This document shows positions 18,940 to 28,892 of a DNA stretch of 64,000 bases, piece by piece. A program made the translations under genes and the position numbers. Source of the stretch: an uncultured Bacilli bacterium (lineage in GTDB: Bacteria > Bacillota_I > Bacilli_A > RF39 > UBA660); NCBI GenBank assembly GCA_934090935.1, contig CAKOKD010000001.1:290571-354570 (forward strand), given 5' to 3'. The notes beneath the pieces were generated by a model. The model was not told the DNA's origin and did not search any database. It was given only the letters and a program-made list of their open reading frames with translations. Within the stretch, counting starts at the first letter, position 1. Each line of letters starts with the position of its first letter.

Positions 18940-20010
18940 ATGGATGCAAAGAAAATAGGTGATTTAATCAAAAAATTAAGAGAGCAGAAAGGATTAAGTC
19001 AGTATAAATTAGCTGAAGCACTTTTTGTTGATAGAACTGCAGTAACAAAATGGGAAAATGGAAAAACAATTCCAAGCGTTGATATGTTGTTAGTGATTAG
19101 TAACTACTTTAATATTTCAATAGATGAACTTGTTTATGGAAGTTTGAAGAATAATGAAAACGATGAAAAAATAGAAAAATACCCAGCTGAATTATTACAT
19201 GAAAAACATAAATTAAGAAAAAATTTAGCAATTGTAATATTTTTCTTGATAATTATATCTTTATTATTTTTCTTCTATTATTTTTTAACTACTTATAATT
19301 CAATAAAAATTTATAAAGTTAGTTTAAAATCTGATTCTATTGAACTTGCTGATAGTTATTTTATAAAAACTAGAGAAAAAGCATACCTTAATATTAACTT
19401 TGTTAATAATGATTTGAATATTGATAAAATTAAAATTTATTATTTGGATAAAAATAAAGAGAAGATAATTATAAATAGTAACTATAATAATAACTTTACT
19501 ATTGTAGATTATTATGGCTATTCTGAATATTTTGATTTTAAGAGAATAACTTATATTTTAAATAATATGTATATTAACGTCTCTGGAGAAAAAATTGATC
19601 AGGTTCTAAAAATCAATTTTAAACAAGAATATTCTAATTCAAAATTATTTTTATTTAAAGATAAGAAATCTACTGATGAAAAAGAATTATATGTAATTAC
19701 TTCGCATTTTGATGATCAAAACAATAAGTTTGAAAAGATTTGTAAAAATAATAATTGCGCGATGGATGTAAAATATAATCAAATATCATATAATTTATTT
19801 TATGATAAAGATACAAGAGAAGTTGTTTTATATAATTTAAAAGAGAACATAATGTATGAATACAATACTGAATATGAGATATTTAATGTTTCAAATAAAA
19901 GTTCAAATTATAGTGTTAATGTATCTGATAAAAAATGTTTACAGAACAACTGTGATTCTTATGAAATTGATTATGAATTGTTTTGGAATATAATAAATAA
20001 TTCAATTTAA
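18940..20010 (+). CDS. XRE-family helix-turn-helix regulator with a TM segment and extracytoplasmic domain
   Basis: HTH QYKLAEALFVDRTAVTKWENGKTIPSVDMLLVIS, then hydrophobic LAIVIFFLIIISLLFFFYYFL. Confidence 0.7.
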   Translation: MDAKKIGDLIKKLREQKGLSQYKLAEALFVDRTAVTKWENGKTIPSVDMLLVISNYFNISIDELVYGSLKNNENDEKIEKYPAELLHEKHKLRKNLAIVIFFLIIISLLFFFYYFLTTYNSIKIYKVSLKSDSIELADSYFIKTREKAYLNINFVNNDLNIDKIKIYYLDKNKEKIIINSNYNNNFTIVDYYGYSEYFDFKRITYILNNMYINVSGEKIDQVLKINFKQEYSNSKLFLFKDKKSTDEKELYVITSHFDDQNNKFEKICKNNNCAMDVKYNQISYNLFYDKDTREVVLYNLKENIMYEYNTEYEIFNVSNKSSNYSVNVSDKKCLQNNCDSYEIDYELFWNIINNSI

Positions 20011-20239
20011 AATTACTAGCAATACTTAAATATTTGAATTTGAAAAAAGTGTAAAAGATTATTATGACGCGATGAATGGTGTAAAATTATCTTTATAATT
20101 TATTCATAATTTATGAAAACTAAATTAGCTGTTGCCTAATTAGTTTTTTTTTGAATTTATATTAATCCTTTTTATCTTAAAATTATAGAATATATTATTT
20201 CTTTATGTTATAATTAGTTAAGAATAGGAGTATGAGTGT

Positions 20240-21982
20240 ATGTCTGGTGATTTTAATACATTACTAACAATTGGTTATGCGATTATTACTTTAGGCGTAG
20301 TTATAAGTGTAATTATTATAATTATTAGAAATATAAAAAATCAGTTCAATAATACTCTTGATAACTTGGAAAGAAGTAAAAACTTAATTATAAGTGGTTC
20401 TATTTTAAGTGAACTTAATAAAGTTGAATCATTAATTAATAATAAAGAATTAGAATCTAAATTTAATTATTGGAAAAGTGTTTTTAAAGAACTAAAAGAT
20501 AAAGACGTTATAAAGATAAGTGATGAGCTTTTACAAGCTGAAGAAAAAGTTAATAAAAAGAAATATAGAGAAGCTAATGAATATTTAACTAATGTTGAGT
20601 TTGATATTTATATTGCTAAAAGTAAAGCAAGTAAACTTTTAGATGATATTCAAGAGATAACTTTATCAGAAAAGAAAAACAGGGAAATTGTTACTAAATT
20701 AAAAAGTGAGTATCGTAATATATTTTTACATTATAATAATGGTAATAATAAAGATGATTATTCCTTAATACAAGTTCCTTTAGAACTTCAATTCGAAAAT
20801 GTTGATAAACTTTTTTCAGCTTTTGAACTTGCTATGGAAAACAATGTTTATTCAGAAGTTGGTAAAATTGTTAAAGCTTTAGATGATACTATTGGTAATT
20901 TAAAGATTGTTATTGAAGAAGCTCCATCAATTATTCTTTTGGGTAAAAATTTGATTCCTAAAAAAATAGAAGAGGTAAGTAAAATTAATGAAAAGATGAA
21001 AAGTGAAGGATATAACCTTGATTATTTAAAGATAGAATATAATATAAATGAATCAGAAAAGAAAATTGCTGATATATTTGATAGATTAAATGTTTTAAAT
21101 CTAGAAGATTCTATATTTGAACTTAAAACTATAATGGATTATTTTGATAGACTTTATTCTGATTTTGATAAAGAACGTGTTGCTAAAAAGATGTTTGATG
21201 ATTATATCAGAAGTGTTTTAATTAAATGTAAAAAATTAAAGAAAATTGTTAATAGTCTTTCTAGTAAAATTGATGATATTAAATATAGTTATGATTTAAC
21301 TGATGATGATGTTCATATTATAAGTGAAATAAAATCAGAAATATTAGAATGTGAAACAATGTATGATAATCTTGTTAATAAATTTAGAGAAAAGAATACA
21401 GCTTATTCAAGACTTACAAAAGAAATGGAAAATATTAATGCTAAACTTTTAAAAGCTGAAGATAAACTTGATTATACTTTAAGAAGTTTAGGATCTTTAA
21501 AAGAGGACGAAATACGTGCTCATGAACAACTTGATGAGATTAAAGTTATTTTAAAACAAACTAAAAAGCAAATTAATTCATATAAACTTCCAATTGTTCC
21601 AAGAAATTATTATGTGGAATTAGAAGAAGCAAATGAAGCTGTTCGTGATATGGTTTTAGAGCTTGAACGCAAACCGATTTCGATTAAAACTTTAAATACA
21701 AGAGTAGATACTGCTAGAGATTTAGTTTTAAAGGTGTATAATACTTCTTTAGAGGTTGTTAAAACAGCATCTATGGCGGAAAATGCAATTGTTTATGGAA
21801 ATAGATATCGTGCAATAAATTCAAATATCAATAATGGTTTAACAAAAGCAGAAAGAGAATTTAATAAAGGTAATTTTAAAGAAAGTTTAGAATATGCAAT
21901 TAATTCTATAAATGTGGTTGAACCAGGAATTCATAAACGTTTATTGGATGCTTATAAAAAAGAAAGAAATATGGTGAAGTAG
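20240..21982 (+). CDS. ezrA: septation ring formation regulator EzrA-like (N-terminal TM plus long coiled coil)
   Basis: Single N-terminal TM, about 560 aa of coiled-coil-like sequence. Followed by a cysteine desulfurase, as in B. subtilis ezrA context. Confidence 0.65.
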   Translation: MSGDFNTLLTIGYAIITLGVVISVIIIIIRNIKNQFNNTLDNLERSKNLIISGSILSELNKVESLINNKELESKFNYWKSVFKELKDKDVIKISDELLQAEEKVNKKKYREANEYLTNVEFDIYIAKSKASKLLDDIQEITLSEKKNREIVTKLKSEYRNIFLHYNNGNNKDDYSLIQVPLELQFENVDKLFSAFELAMENNVYSEVGKIVKALDDTIGNLKIVIEEAPSIILLGKNLIPKKIEEVSKINEKMKSEGYNLDYLKIEYNINESEKKIADIFDRLNVLNLEDSIFELKTIMDYFDRLYSDFDKERVAKKMFDDYIRSVLIKCKKLKKIVNSLSSKIDDIKYSYDLTDDDVHIISEIKSEILECETMYDNLVNKFREKNTAYSRLTKEMENINAKLLKAEDKLDYTLRSLGSLKEDEIRAHEQLDEIKVILKQTKKQINSYKLPIVPRNYYVELEEANEAVRDMVLELERKPISIKTLNTRVDTARDLVLKVYNTSLEVVKTASMAENAIVYGNRYRAINSNINNGLTKAEREFNKGNFKESLEYAINSINVVEPGIHKRLLDAYKKERNMVK

Positions 21983-21985
21983 GAA

Positions 21986-23110
21986 ATGGTTTATTTAGAT
22001 TATTCAGCAACAACTCCAGTGCTTCCAGAAGTACTTGATAGTTACAATAAAGTTACAGAAGAATATTTTGGAAATCCAAATAGTTTACATAGTTTAGGAG
22101 TTAAAGCTCATGAACTTTTAGAAAGTGCAAATAAGCAAGTAAGTGAACTTTTAAATATTAAAGAGGATGAGTTTTTTTATACAAGTGGAGCAACAGAATC
22201 AAATAATTTAGCTATTATTGGAGCAGCTTTAACTTATAAAAGATATGGAAATAGAATACTTGTTTCAACAATGGAACATCCAAGTATTTATGGAATATGT
22301 AAACATTTAGAAAAACTTGGATTTATAATCGATTATGTTAATGTTACTAATGAAGGTGTAATCGATTTTGATGATTTAAAAAATAAAGTTACTAAAGACA
22401 CTATTTTAGTAAGTATTTGTGCAGTTAATTCCGAAGTTGGAGCAAGGCAACCATTAAAAACTGTTAGACAAGTTATAAGAAAAAATAATGAGAATTGTAT
22501 TCTTCATAGTGATATGACTCAAGCTATTGGTAAAGTTAATATTAATGTTAATGATGTTGATTTAGCTACTATTAGTAGTCATAAGATATATGGACCAAAA
22601 GGGATTGGACTTTTATATAAAACTAGAGGTCTTGTGTTAACTCCACTTTTATATGGACATGATGATTCTTTAGTTCCAGGTACGCCTCCGCTTCCTTTAA
22701 TTGTATCTTTTGCTAAAGCATTAAGACTTGCTTTAAAAGATATAAATAAAAAAGAAGAAACAGTAAAAAAATACTATGATAAGATTGTTGAACATATGGA
22801 AAATTATCCAAGAATTGTTATCAATTCAAGTAAATATTGTATTCCACATATTTTAAATATTAGTTTAATGGATATAAAACCGGAAACATTTATTCATGCT
22901 CTAGAAAAAGATGAAGTTTATGTTTCTAGCAATACAGCTTGTTCTAAGGGAAAAAAGAGTGAATCTGTTTATCAAATGACTCATGATGATAAAAGAAGTG
23001 AAACAACAATTAGAATAAGTCTTTCACCATATACGATGCCAAGTGAGATAAATGAATTCTTAGAATCTTTTGATAAGCATTATAATGAACTTATAAAATT
23101 AAGTGAGTAA
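21986..23110 (+). CDS. class V aminotransferase / cysteine desulfurase (NifS/IscS-like)
   Basis: YLDYSATTP N-terminus and PLP-lysine region SSHKIYGPKGIG. Confidence 0.8.
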   Translation: MVYLDYSATTPVLPEVLDSYNKVTEEYFGNPNSLHSLGVKAHELLESANKQVSELLNIKEDEFFYTSGATESNNLAIIGAALTYKRYGNRILVSTMEHPSIYGICKHLEKLGFIIDYVNVTNEGVIDFDDLKNKVTKDTILVSICAVNSEVGARQPLKTVRQVIRKNNENCILHSDMTQAIGKVNINVNDVDLATISSHKIYGPKGIGLLYKTRGLVLTPLLYGHDDSLVPGTPPLPLIVSFAKALRLALKDINKKEETVKKYYDKIVEHMENYPRIVINSSKYCIPHILNISLMDIKPETFIHALEKDEVYVSSNTACSKGKKSESVYQMTHDDKRSETTIRISLSPYTMPSEINEFLESFDKHYNELIKLSE

Positions 23111-23185
23111 TAGGCAAATTTTGAAATTTGCTTTTTTTCTGGTTATTTTTATAGTACAATAGAGATAATTTTATGGAGGAAAGTT

Positions 23186-24478
23186 ATGCTAAAGTATTTT
23201 AAAGAATTGGAAAATAAAGAGAATCAATATTTAGAATTAATTGAGTGGAACACAAAAAGATATTATGTTATAGGTGAAAATAATCTTCCTTTTTCTTTTT
23301 ATCAAAAGTATGCTTCAATGTTTGAGCAAATAAGAAATTTGGATTTGCTTTGTCAAAAAAGTATAGATTCTGACAAAAAAGTGCTATTTTGGGATAACGA
23401 AATGGATAATCGTCAAGAGATATTTTTAAGTGAGTTAATTGCTAAATTTTTAAATGGTCAGGATACTAGTGGATACAATTTAACTGATGCGGGTAGAGAA
23501 AGACTGGACATTTTAATGCTTCTTTTTAAAAAGGAATATCCGACTTATAATTTTGAAGATATAGAAGAATACGTTTCCGCGGTTTTTGAATTATTTATAG
23601 CAGATTCTTATTTATTTTTTTATAATGATCATGATGAAAAGAAAATAACTAAGAGATTTCTTTCTGCAGTTTTAATAGTGGCAAGATATCAAAAAAAATT
23701 AACTAAAGGGTTAGAAAATAAAATAAACCAAGCTTTAGAAGAAATGCCAGAACTTGTTGTTAAAATTCCTTTAAAGCAATTTAATCCTGTTAATTTTTCT
23801 TTACCGAATTGTTGGTTTATTACTCCTGACGGTCGATTATATAATTCTCTTGGACCGCAAGCACACAAAGAATGTAATCTAATTTATCCTTATAGACGTG
23901 TAATCAGAAATCAAGAATTACCAAGAGCAAGTGATATAAAAAAGCAAATAAGTGCTATAGAAGAATCTGGATTTATAACTTATGAAGAGTTTGAAATGTA
24001 CTTAAATTTAATTTATGATTTCCCTACAGTGTATACCCCTGAATATTATACGTTGGATAATTCACAAAAAATGTGGTATAACCATATTGAAAAACGTAGC
24101 TATAATCCTAAAATTAGATCTGTAGTAATTGGCGTTCTGAGTGCTCAAGCTAATTTTTATAGTTTTTTTGAAGAATTAAAAACATATTCGACTGATTATG
24201 AAAGAGATCTTAAATATGTTATGTCTCTTGATTTTGACGAATTGTTAGTTAGATGTTGTGGTTTTCATAAAGTTTTATCTATTCCAGAAGAATTTTATCC
24301 GATTAAAACTATTGTTACTAGTGTAATAAATTATGAAGAAGTTTTCAGAGAATACATTGAAAAAGGTTGGAAAATAAATTTTGTTCCCCCAATAGTACTA
24401 AATAAAGAACTCGGTAAATTAGAAGAATATCCAGAAGAATTTTTAACTATAAGAAAAGTTTTGAAAAGTGATAAGTAA
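23186..24478 (+). CDS. hypothetical cytoplasmic protein, 430 aa
   Basis: AGGAAAG RBS; no recognised motif. Confidence 0.45.
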   Translation: MLKYFKELENKENQYLELIEWNTKRYYVIGENNLPFSFYQKYASMFEQIRNLDLLCQKSIDSDKKVLFWDNEMDNRQEIFLSELIAKFLNGQDTSGYNLTDAGRERLDILMLLFKKEYPTYNFEDIEEYVSAVFELFIADSYLFFYNDHDEKKITKRFLSAVLIVARYQKKLTKGLENKINQALEEMPELVVKIPLKQFNPVNFSLPNCWFITPDGRLYNSLGPQAHKECNLIYPYRRVIRNQELPRASDIKKQISAIEESGFITYEEFEMYLNLIYDFPTVYTPEYYTLDNSQKMWYNHIEKRSYNPKIRSVVIGVLSAQANFYSFFEELKTYSTDYERDLKYVMSLDFDELLVRCCGFHKVLSIPEEFYPIKTIVTSVINYEEVFREYIEKGWKINFVPPIVLNKELGKLEEYPEEFLTIRKVLKSDK

Positions 24479-24698
24479 ATTTATAACAATATAAATTAAA
24501 ATGACTATAATTAAGAGTGTATAACTCTTTTTTTTGTATTTTAGGTTCTAATTTTGTCGACATTTGTCGAGTTTGTTGACAAGAAAAATTAACTATATAT
24601 AATAACCAATTGAGAAGCAGAGAAAGATGCTTATCACTTCCAACTAGAGGCTAAATATTCAGGGTTTTGGTTAAAGGAGTACTAGAGGAAGTGATACG

Positions 24699-24776
24699 AT
24701 GAAAAAAGATAATCATATAAGATTACTTTACTTAATCGTTTTAATATTGCTAGTAATAATTTTAAAATTATTATAG
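24699..24776 (+). CDS. small hydrophobic peptide (25 aa, MKKDNHIRLLYLIVLILLVIILKLL), candidate type I toxin, copy 2
   Basis: Same RBS-sequestering arrangement as R1. Confidence 0.5.
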   Translation: MKKDNHIRLLYLIVLILLVIILKLL

Positions 24777-24863
24777 GAAAAAAAGCATCTTTATTCTACT
24801 GAATAAGGATGCTACAACAAACACGTGGTAAGCATCGGCCTCAAAAGGAACTTTTGCTTCTCA
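24777..24863 (-). ncRNA. putative antisense sRNA, copy 2
   Basis: Minus-strand TTGAAA-17-TATATT upstream of GTGAGAAGCAAAAG; ends at the conserved hairpin plus U-run. Confidence 0.4.
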
Positions 24864-24917
24864 CTAAATAAAATATAACATTTTTTAAAAGTGTTTTCAA
24901 TATATAAGGTAATAATT

Positions 24918-24982
24918 ATGCTTATAGTAGCAATATTACTAATGAAGATGGAACAAGTACAAATCCATATGTAGTTTTATAA
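24918..24982 (+). pseudogene. ghost of a family gene: start fragment MLIVAILLM fused to the C-terminal remnant DGTSTNPYVVL*
   Basis: ATGCTTATAGTAGCAATATTACTAATG matches codons about 6-14 of the 14603-type gene. GATGGAACAAGTACAAATCCATATGTAGTTTTATAA in another frame matches the family C-terminal tail (GTTTNPYVVE). Confidence 0.7.
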
Positions 24983-25112
24983 TATAAAAAATATATTTAA
25001 TTTTTAAAATGAATTAAGAATAATTTAATTCATTTTTTTTGAAAATTTTAATTAAATAAAGACTTTTTGTAAGAAATTTGATACAATTTTTATAGATTTG
25101 AAGGTGTTAAAT

Positions 25113-26198
25113 ATGGATAAAATTATATTAACTGGAGATAGACCTACTGGTAGACTTCATATTGGCCATTATGTTGGCTCTTTAAAAAGAAGAGTTGAGC
25201 TTATGAATGATGGTGACTATGATAAGTTTTATATTGAGATCGCTGATGCTCAAGCATTAACCGATAACTATGATAATCCTGCTAAGATTAGAGAAAATGT
25301 TCTTGAAGTTGCGATTGATTATTTATCTTGTGGAATTGATCCAAATAAAGTAACGATATTTATTCAATCAGGAATTCCAGCACTATGTGAACTTACATTT
25401 TATTATATGAACTTGGTAAGTTTAACAAGATTAGAGAGAAACCCAACTGTTAAAAGTGAAATCAAAATGCGTAAGTTTGAAAGCATTCCAACAGGATTCT
25501 TAACTTATCCAATAAGTCAAGCTGCTGATATAACAGGTTTTGATGCAACAATTATACCTGTTGGTGAAGATCAACTTCCAATGATTGAACAAACTAGAGA
25601 AATAGTAAGAAGTTTTAATTCTATTTATGGAAAAACTTTATATGAACCAAGTGCTGTTTTACCAGAAAATGAAACTTGTAATAGACTTCCAGGTATAGAT
25701 GGTAAAGCAAAGATGAGTAAAAGTTTGGGTAATGCGATTTATATTTCTGATACCCCTGAAGTTATTAAAGAAAAAGTAATGAAGATGTATACTGATCCAA
25801 ATCATATAAATATAAGTGATCCAGGAAAAATTGAAGGAAATATGGTATTTACTTATCTAGATGCTTTTGCTAAAGATGATGACTTTTTGGAATATGCTTC
25901 TGAATATAAAAACTTAGATGAAATGAAGGATCATTATAGACGTGGTGGTTTAGGAGATGTTAAGATTAAAAAATTCTTAATAAATGTTTTAAATCGTGAA
26001 TTTGGTCCTATAAGAGAAAGACGTGCTTACTTTGAAAACCATATTGAAGAAGTAATTGAGATTTTAAAAAATGGTACGGAAAAAGCTAAGAATGATGCCG
26101 ATGAAGTGTTAACAAGAGTAAAAAAATCAATGGGTATTAATTATTTTGATGATGATACTTTTATTGATATCTATAAAGATAAATACAATAAAGAATAA
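25113..26198 (+). CDS. trpS: tryptophanyl-tRNA synthetase
   Basis: TGDRPTGRLHIGHYVG (HIGH) and KMSKSLGN; AAGGTG RBS before ATG 25113 (the track start at 25098 is TTG). Confidence 0.9.
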   Translation: MDKIILTGDRPTGRLHIGHYVGSLKRRVELMNDGDYDKFYIEIADAQALTDNYDNPAKIRENVLEVAIDYLSCGIDPNKVTIFIQSGIPALCELTFYYMNLVSLTRLERNPTVKSEIKMRKFESIPTGFLTYPISQAADITGFDATIIPVGEDQLPMIEQTREIVRSFNSIYGKTLYEPSAVLPENETCNRLPGIDGKAKMSKSLGNAIYISDTPEVIKEKVMKMYTDPNHINISDPGKIEGNMVFTYLDAFAKDDDFLEYASEYKNLDEMKDHYRRGGLGDVKIKKFLINVLNREFGPIRERRAYFENHIEEVIEILKNGTEKAKNDADEVLTRVKKSMGINYFDDDTFIDIYKDKYNKE

Positions 26199-26209
26199 GA
26201 TGGGATTAT

Positions 26210-26707
26210 ATGAATAAAGATTTTAAATATATTTTAATGATTATAATAAGTGTCATTTGTTTAAGCGTTGGCCTTTTGATGTTTAATATCAAAAGTTCTA
26301 AAGATGTGAAATTAACATCAACAACGACAACAACTAAGATTGTAGTAGAAGAAAATCTAAAAAAAGATAAAATTATTGTAAATGGCATTGAAGAAGAAAT
26401 AGTTTTAAAAACTTATGTTGCTTATGATATTTTTAAAATAGATATAGACGTTAATAATTTTGAAATGACAAAGATGAGTAATAATACTTATTTTCTAAAA
26501 GATTTAAATGATGAAAATATTTATTTGAAGTTTGAAATGATTGATGAAGAAACTTATAATCATGAAAATGTTTCTGATAACTTAAATTATAGTTATCTAC
26601 ATGGAGATAAAATATATTTAAAAGTAACTAAAAATGTGGATGAAAGCATAAGTGACACTATCCTTAAAAGAATGGATTATATGTTAGCCTCATTATATAT
26701 CAGTTAA
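26210..26707 (+). CDS. hypothetical membrane-anchored protein
   Basis: N-terminal TM (ILMIIISVICLSVGLLMF). Confidence 0.45.
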   Translation: MNKDFKYILMIIISVICLSVGLLMFNIKSSKDVKLTSTTTTTKIVVEENLKKDKIIVNGIEEEIVLKTYVAYDIFKIDIDVNNFEMTKMSNNTYFLKDLNDENIYLKFEMIDEETYNHENVSDNLNYSYLHGDKIYLKVTKNVDESISDTILKRMDYMLASLYIS

Positions 26708-26793
26708 AATAGGTTTGGAGTGAATAATCACTCCTTTTATAATTGCATTTTTTACATTATTTCGGTATACTTTTCTATGAAGAGGTGGAATTT

Positions 26794-28437
26794 ATGAGTA
26801 ATAAAGAACTTGCAGATTTAATATTTCCAAATATAGATAAAACTATTGAAGATTATGAAAAAATGTATCCAGAAAGAGAGTTACCAGAGGGAGCTTTAGT
26901 TACAAGATTTGCTCCAAGTCCAACTGGATTTGTACATATTGGTAATTTGTTTCAAGCTTTAACAGATTATTTTTTAGCTAAAAACAGTGGAGGAGTATTT
27001 TATTTAAGAAATGAAGACACTGATACTAAAAGAGAAGTAACGGACGCTGTTGATAAAATAATGGAATGTTTAGATTATGTTGGACTTAATCCTGATGAAT
27101 ATGAATATAAGGGTGAAATTCATGGAAATTATGGACCTTACGTTCAAAGTGAAAGAAAAGAAATCTATCATGCATTTATTAAACATTTAATTGAAATTGG
27201 AAGGGCATATCCTTGTTTCTGCTCTGCAGAAGAACTTGATATAATGAGAAAAAAACAAGAAGCAAAGAAAGCTCAACCAGGTTATTATGGAGCATGGGCT
27301 AAATGTAGAGATTTAACGAATGAAGAAAGAGCTGAAAGAATTAAAAACGGGGAATCTTATGTTATTCGTTTTAGAAGTGAAGGAAATCCAAATAGAAAAG
27401 TTGAATTTGATGATCCTGTTACAGGAATTATTGAATTCCCAGAAAACAATAACGATATGGTAATTATGAAGTCAGGAGACATGCTTCCAACATATCATTT
27501 TGCACACGTAGTTGATGATCATTTAATGCATACAACAACAGTTGTAAGGGGACAAGAATGGCTTCCAAGTGTACCTTTACATATTGAAATGTTTGATGCT
27601 TTTGGCTTTGAAAAACCAAGTTATATTCATAATGCTTTACTTTTAAAACAAGATGGAAATATTAAAAGAAAAATAAGCAAAAGAAAAGATCCAGAAGCTT
27701 TAATGAGTTACTATAGTGAAAAAGGATATCCAGCTTCGGCTATAATTGAATCTTTAATGACTATATTAAATAGTAATTATGAGGAGTGGAGAGATAATCA
27801 TCCTGATGCATCATTTTTAGATTTTAATTTTGATCCAAAGAAAGTTGGAACAAGTGGAGCTTTATATGATTTAGAGAAACTTGATAATATTTCAAAGAAT
27901 ATTATTTCAAAGATGAGTGCAACTGACTTATTTGAAAGACTTTTAAAATATACAGAAGAGTATGATGTTGATTTCAATAAACTTTTAAGTGAAAATAGAG
28001 ATTACACAATTAGTATTTTAAATATTGAAAGAGAAATAGAAAAACCAAGAAAAGATTATGCATGTTTAAGTGATATTAAACCAAATATTTATTATATGTT
28101 CCCTGAATTATTTAAAGCTGAAAACTATGAATGGGGACGTGTTACAGAAATAGATGAAATAAAAATTATTGTTAACACGTATATAGATAAATATTATGAT
28201 GCAACTGATGATAAAGATACTTGGTTTAATAAAATCAAAGAACTAACTGAAGAATTAGGATATGCATCAAATATGAAAGATTATAAAAAGAATCCGGAAA
28301 TGTATAAAGGAAATGTTGCTGATATCTCAACAATTATAAGAGTTTGTTTAACTACAAAATCTCGTACTCCTGATTTATACGATATTATGCGTATTTTAGG
28401 TATAGATGAAATAAAAAGAAGAATAAATTTATTATAG
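26794..28437 (+). CDS. class I glutamyl/glutaminyl-tRNA synthetase family protein (GluRS-like catalytic core, unusually long at about 548 aa)
   Basis: RFAPSPTGFVHIGN and an ISKRK KMSKS-like motif. The track start at 26743 has no RBS; ATG 26794 follows GAGGTGG. Confidence 0.75.
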   Translation: MSNKELADLIFPNIDKTIEDYEKMYPERELPEGALVTRFAPSPTGFVHIGNLFQALTDYFLAKNSGGVFYLRNEDTDTKREVTDAVDKIMECLDYVGLNPDEYEYKGEIHGNYGPYVQSERKEIYHAFIKHLIEIGRAYPCFCSAEELDIMRKKQEAKKAQPGYYGAWAKCRDLTNEERAERIKNGESYVIRFRSEGNPNRKVEFDDPVTGIIEFPENNNDMVIMKSGDMLPTYHFAHVVDDHLMHTTTVVRGQEWLPSVPLHIEMFDAFGFEKPSYIHNALLLKQDGNIKRKISKRKDPEALMSYYSEKGYPASAIIESLMTILNSNYEEWRDNHPDASFLDFNFDPKKVGTSGALYDLEKLDNISKNIISKMSATDLFERLLKYTEEYDVDFNKLLSENRDYTISILNIEREIEKPRKDYACLSDIKPNIYYMFPELFKAENYEWGRVTEIDEIKIIVNTYIDKYYDATDDKDTWFNKIKELTEELGYASNMKDYKKNPEMYKGNVADISTIIRVCLTTKSRTPDLYDIMRILGIDEIKRRINLL

Positions 28438-28446
28438 GAGAGAATT

Positions 28447-28806
28447 ATGAATAAAAAGAGGATACTTACAATCATTATAATCATTTTACTTATTTTTGTT
28501 GCTTTTCTATTTTTCTTTAAAATAGGCAAAAAGAGTGTTAATAAGAGTTTTTATGCAGTTGATTTAGATGCAAGCTATGAAACAAGCCAAATGTGGAGCT
28601 ATATCATCAGCGAAGATGGTATTGTTGAGGTGCGAAAAAGTGAATATGATGATACAACTCATAAACAACATTTTGAATTCATAGGAATAAAAAAAGGTAA
28701 AGTTGATGTTACTTTTGAATATAAGAATATCGATGCTACTGATACAATAAAACAAGAAAAAATAACTTTAATTGTTGATAAGAACTTAAATATAAGAAAA
28801 AAATAA
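28447..28806 (+). CDS. hypothetical membrane-anchored protein
   Basis: N-terminal TM (ILTIIIIILLIFVAFLFFF). Confidence 0.45.
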   Translation: MNKKRILTIIIIILLIFVAFLFFFKIGKKSVNKSFYAVDLDASYETSQMWSYIISEDGIVEVRKSEYDDTTHKQHFEFIGIKKGKVDVTFEYKNIDATDTIKQEKITLIVDKNLNIRKK

Positions 28807-28825
28807 CTTATAACTTTTTAAAAGC

Positions 28826-28855
28826 TTAACTTTTTTTAGTTAAGTTTTTATTTTG
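28826..28855 (+). terminator. intrinsic terminator before the sigma-G gene
   Basis: GCTTAACT-TTTTTT-AGTTAAGT hairpin plus T-run. Confidence 0.55.
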
Positions 28856-28860
28856 AATAA

Positions 28861-28888
28861 AATATTTAAATTATCCTCATTATATATG
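28861..28888 (+). promoter_or_regulatory. forespore-type (sigma-F/sigma-G) promoter: GAATA-18-CATTATA
   Basis: Matches the consensus GhATR-18-CATnnTA directly upstream of the sigma-G homolog. Confidence 0.5.
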
Positions 28889-28892
28889 TGAG

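Larger units (their letters stand above)
24541..24880 (+). repeat. R2: second copy of the about 345-bp cassette
   Basis: TTGACA 24576-24581, TATAAT 24598-24603, small ORF, hairpin 24785-24812, GCTTCTCAC 24855-24863. The preceding terminator hairpin AGAGTGTATAACTCT-T8 resembles the one at the ileS/R1 junction. Confidence 0.8.
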
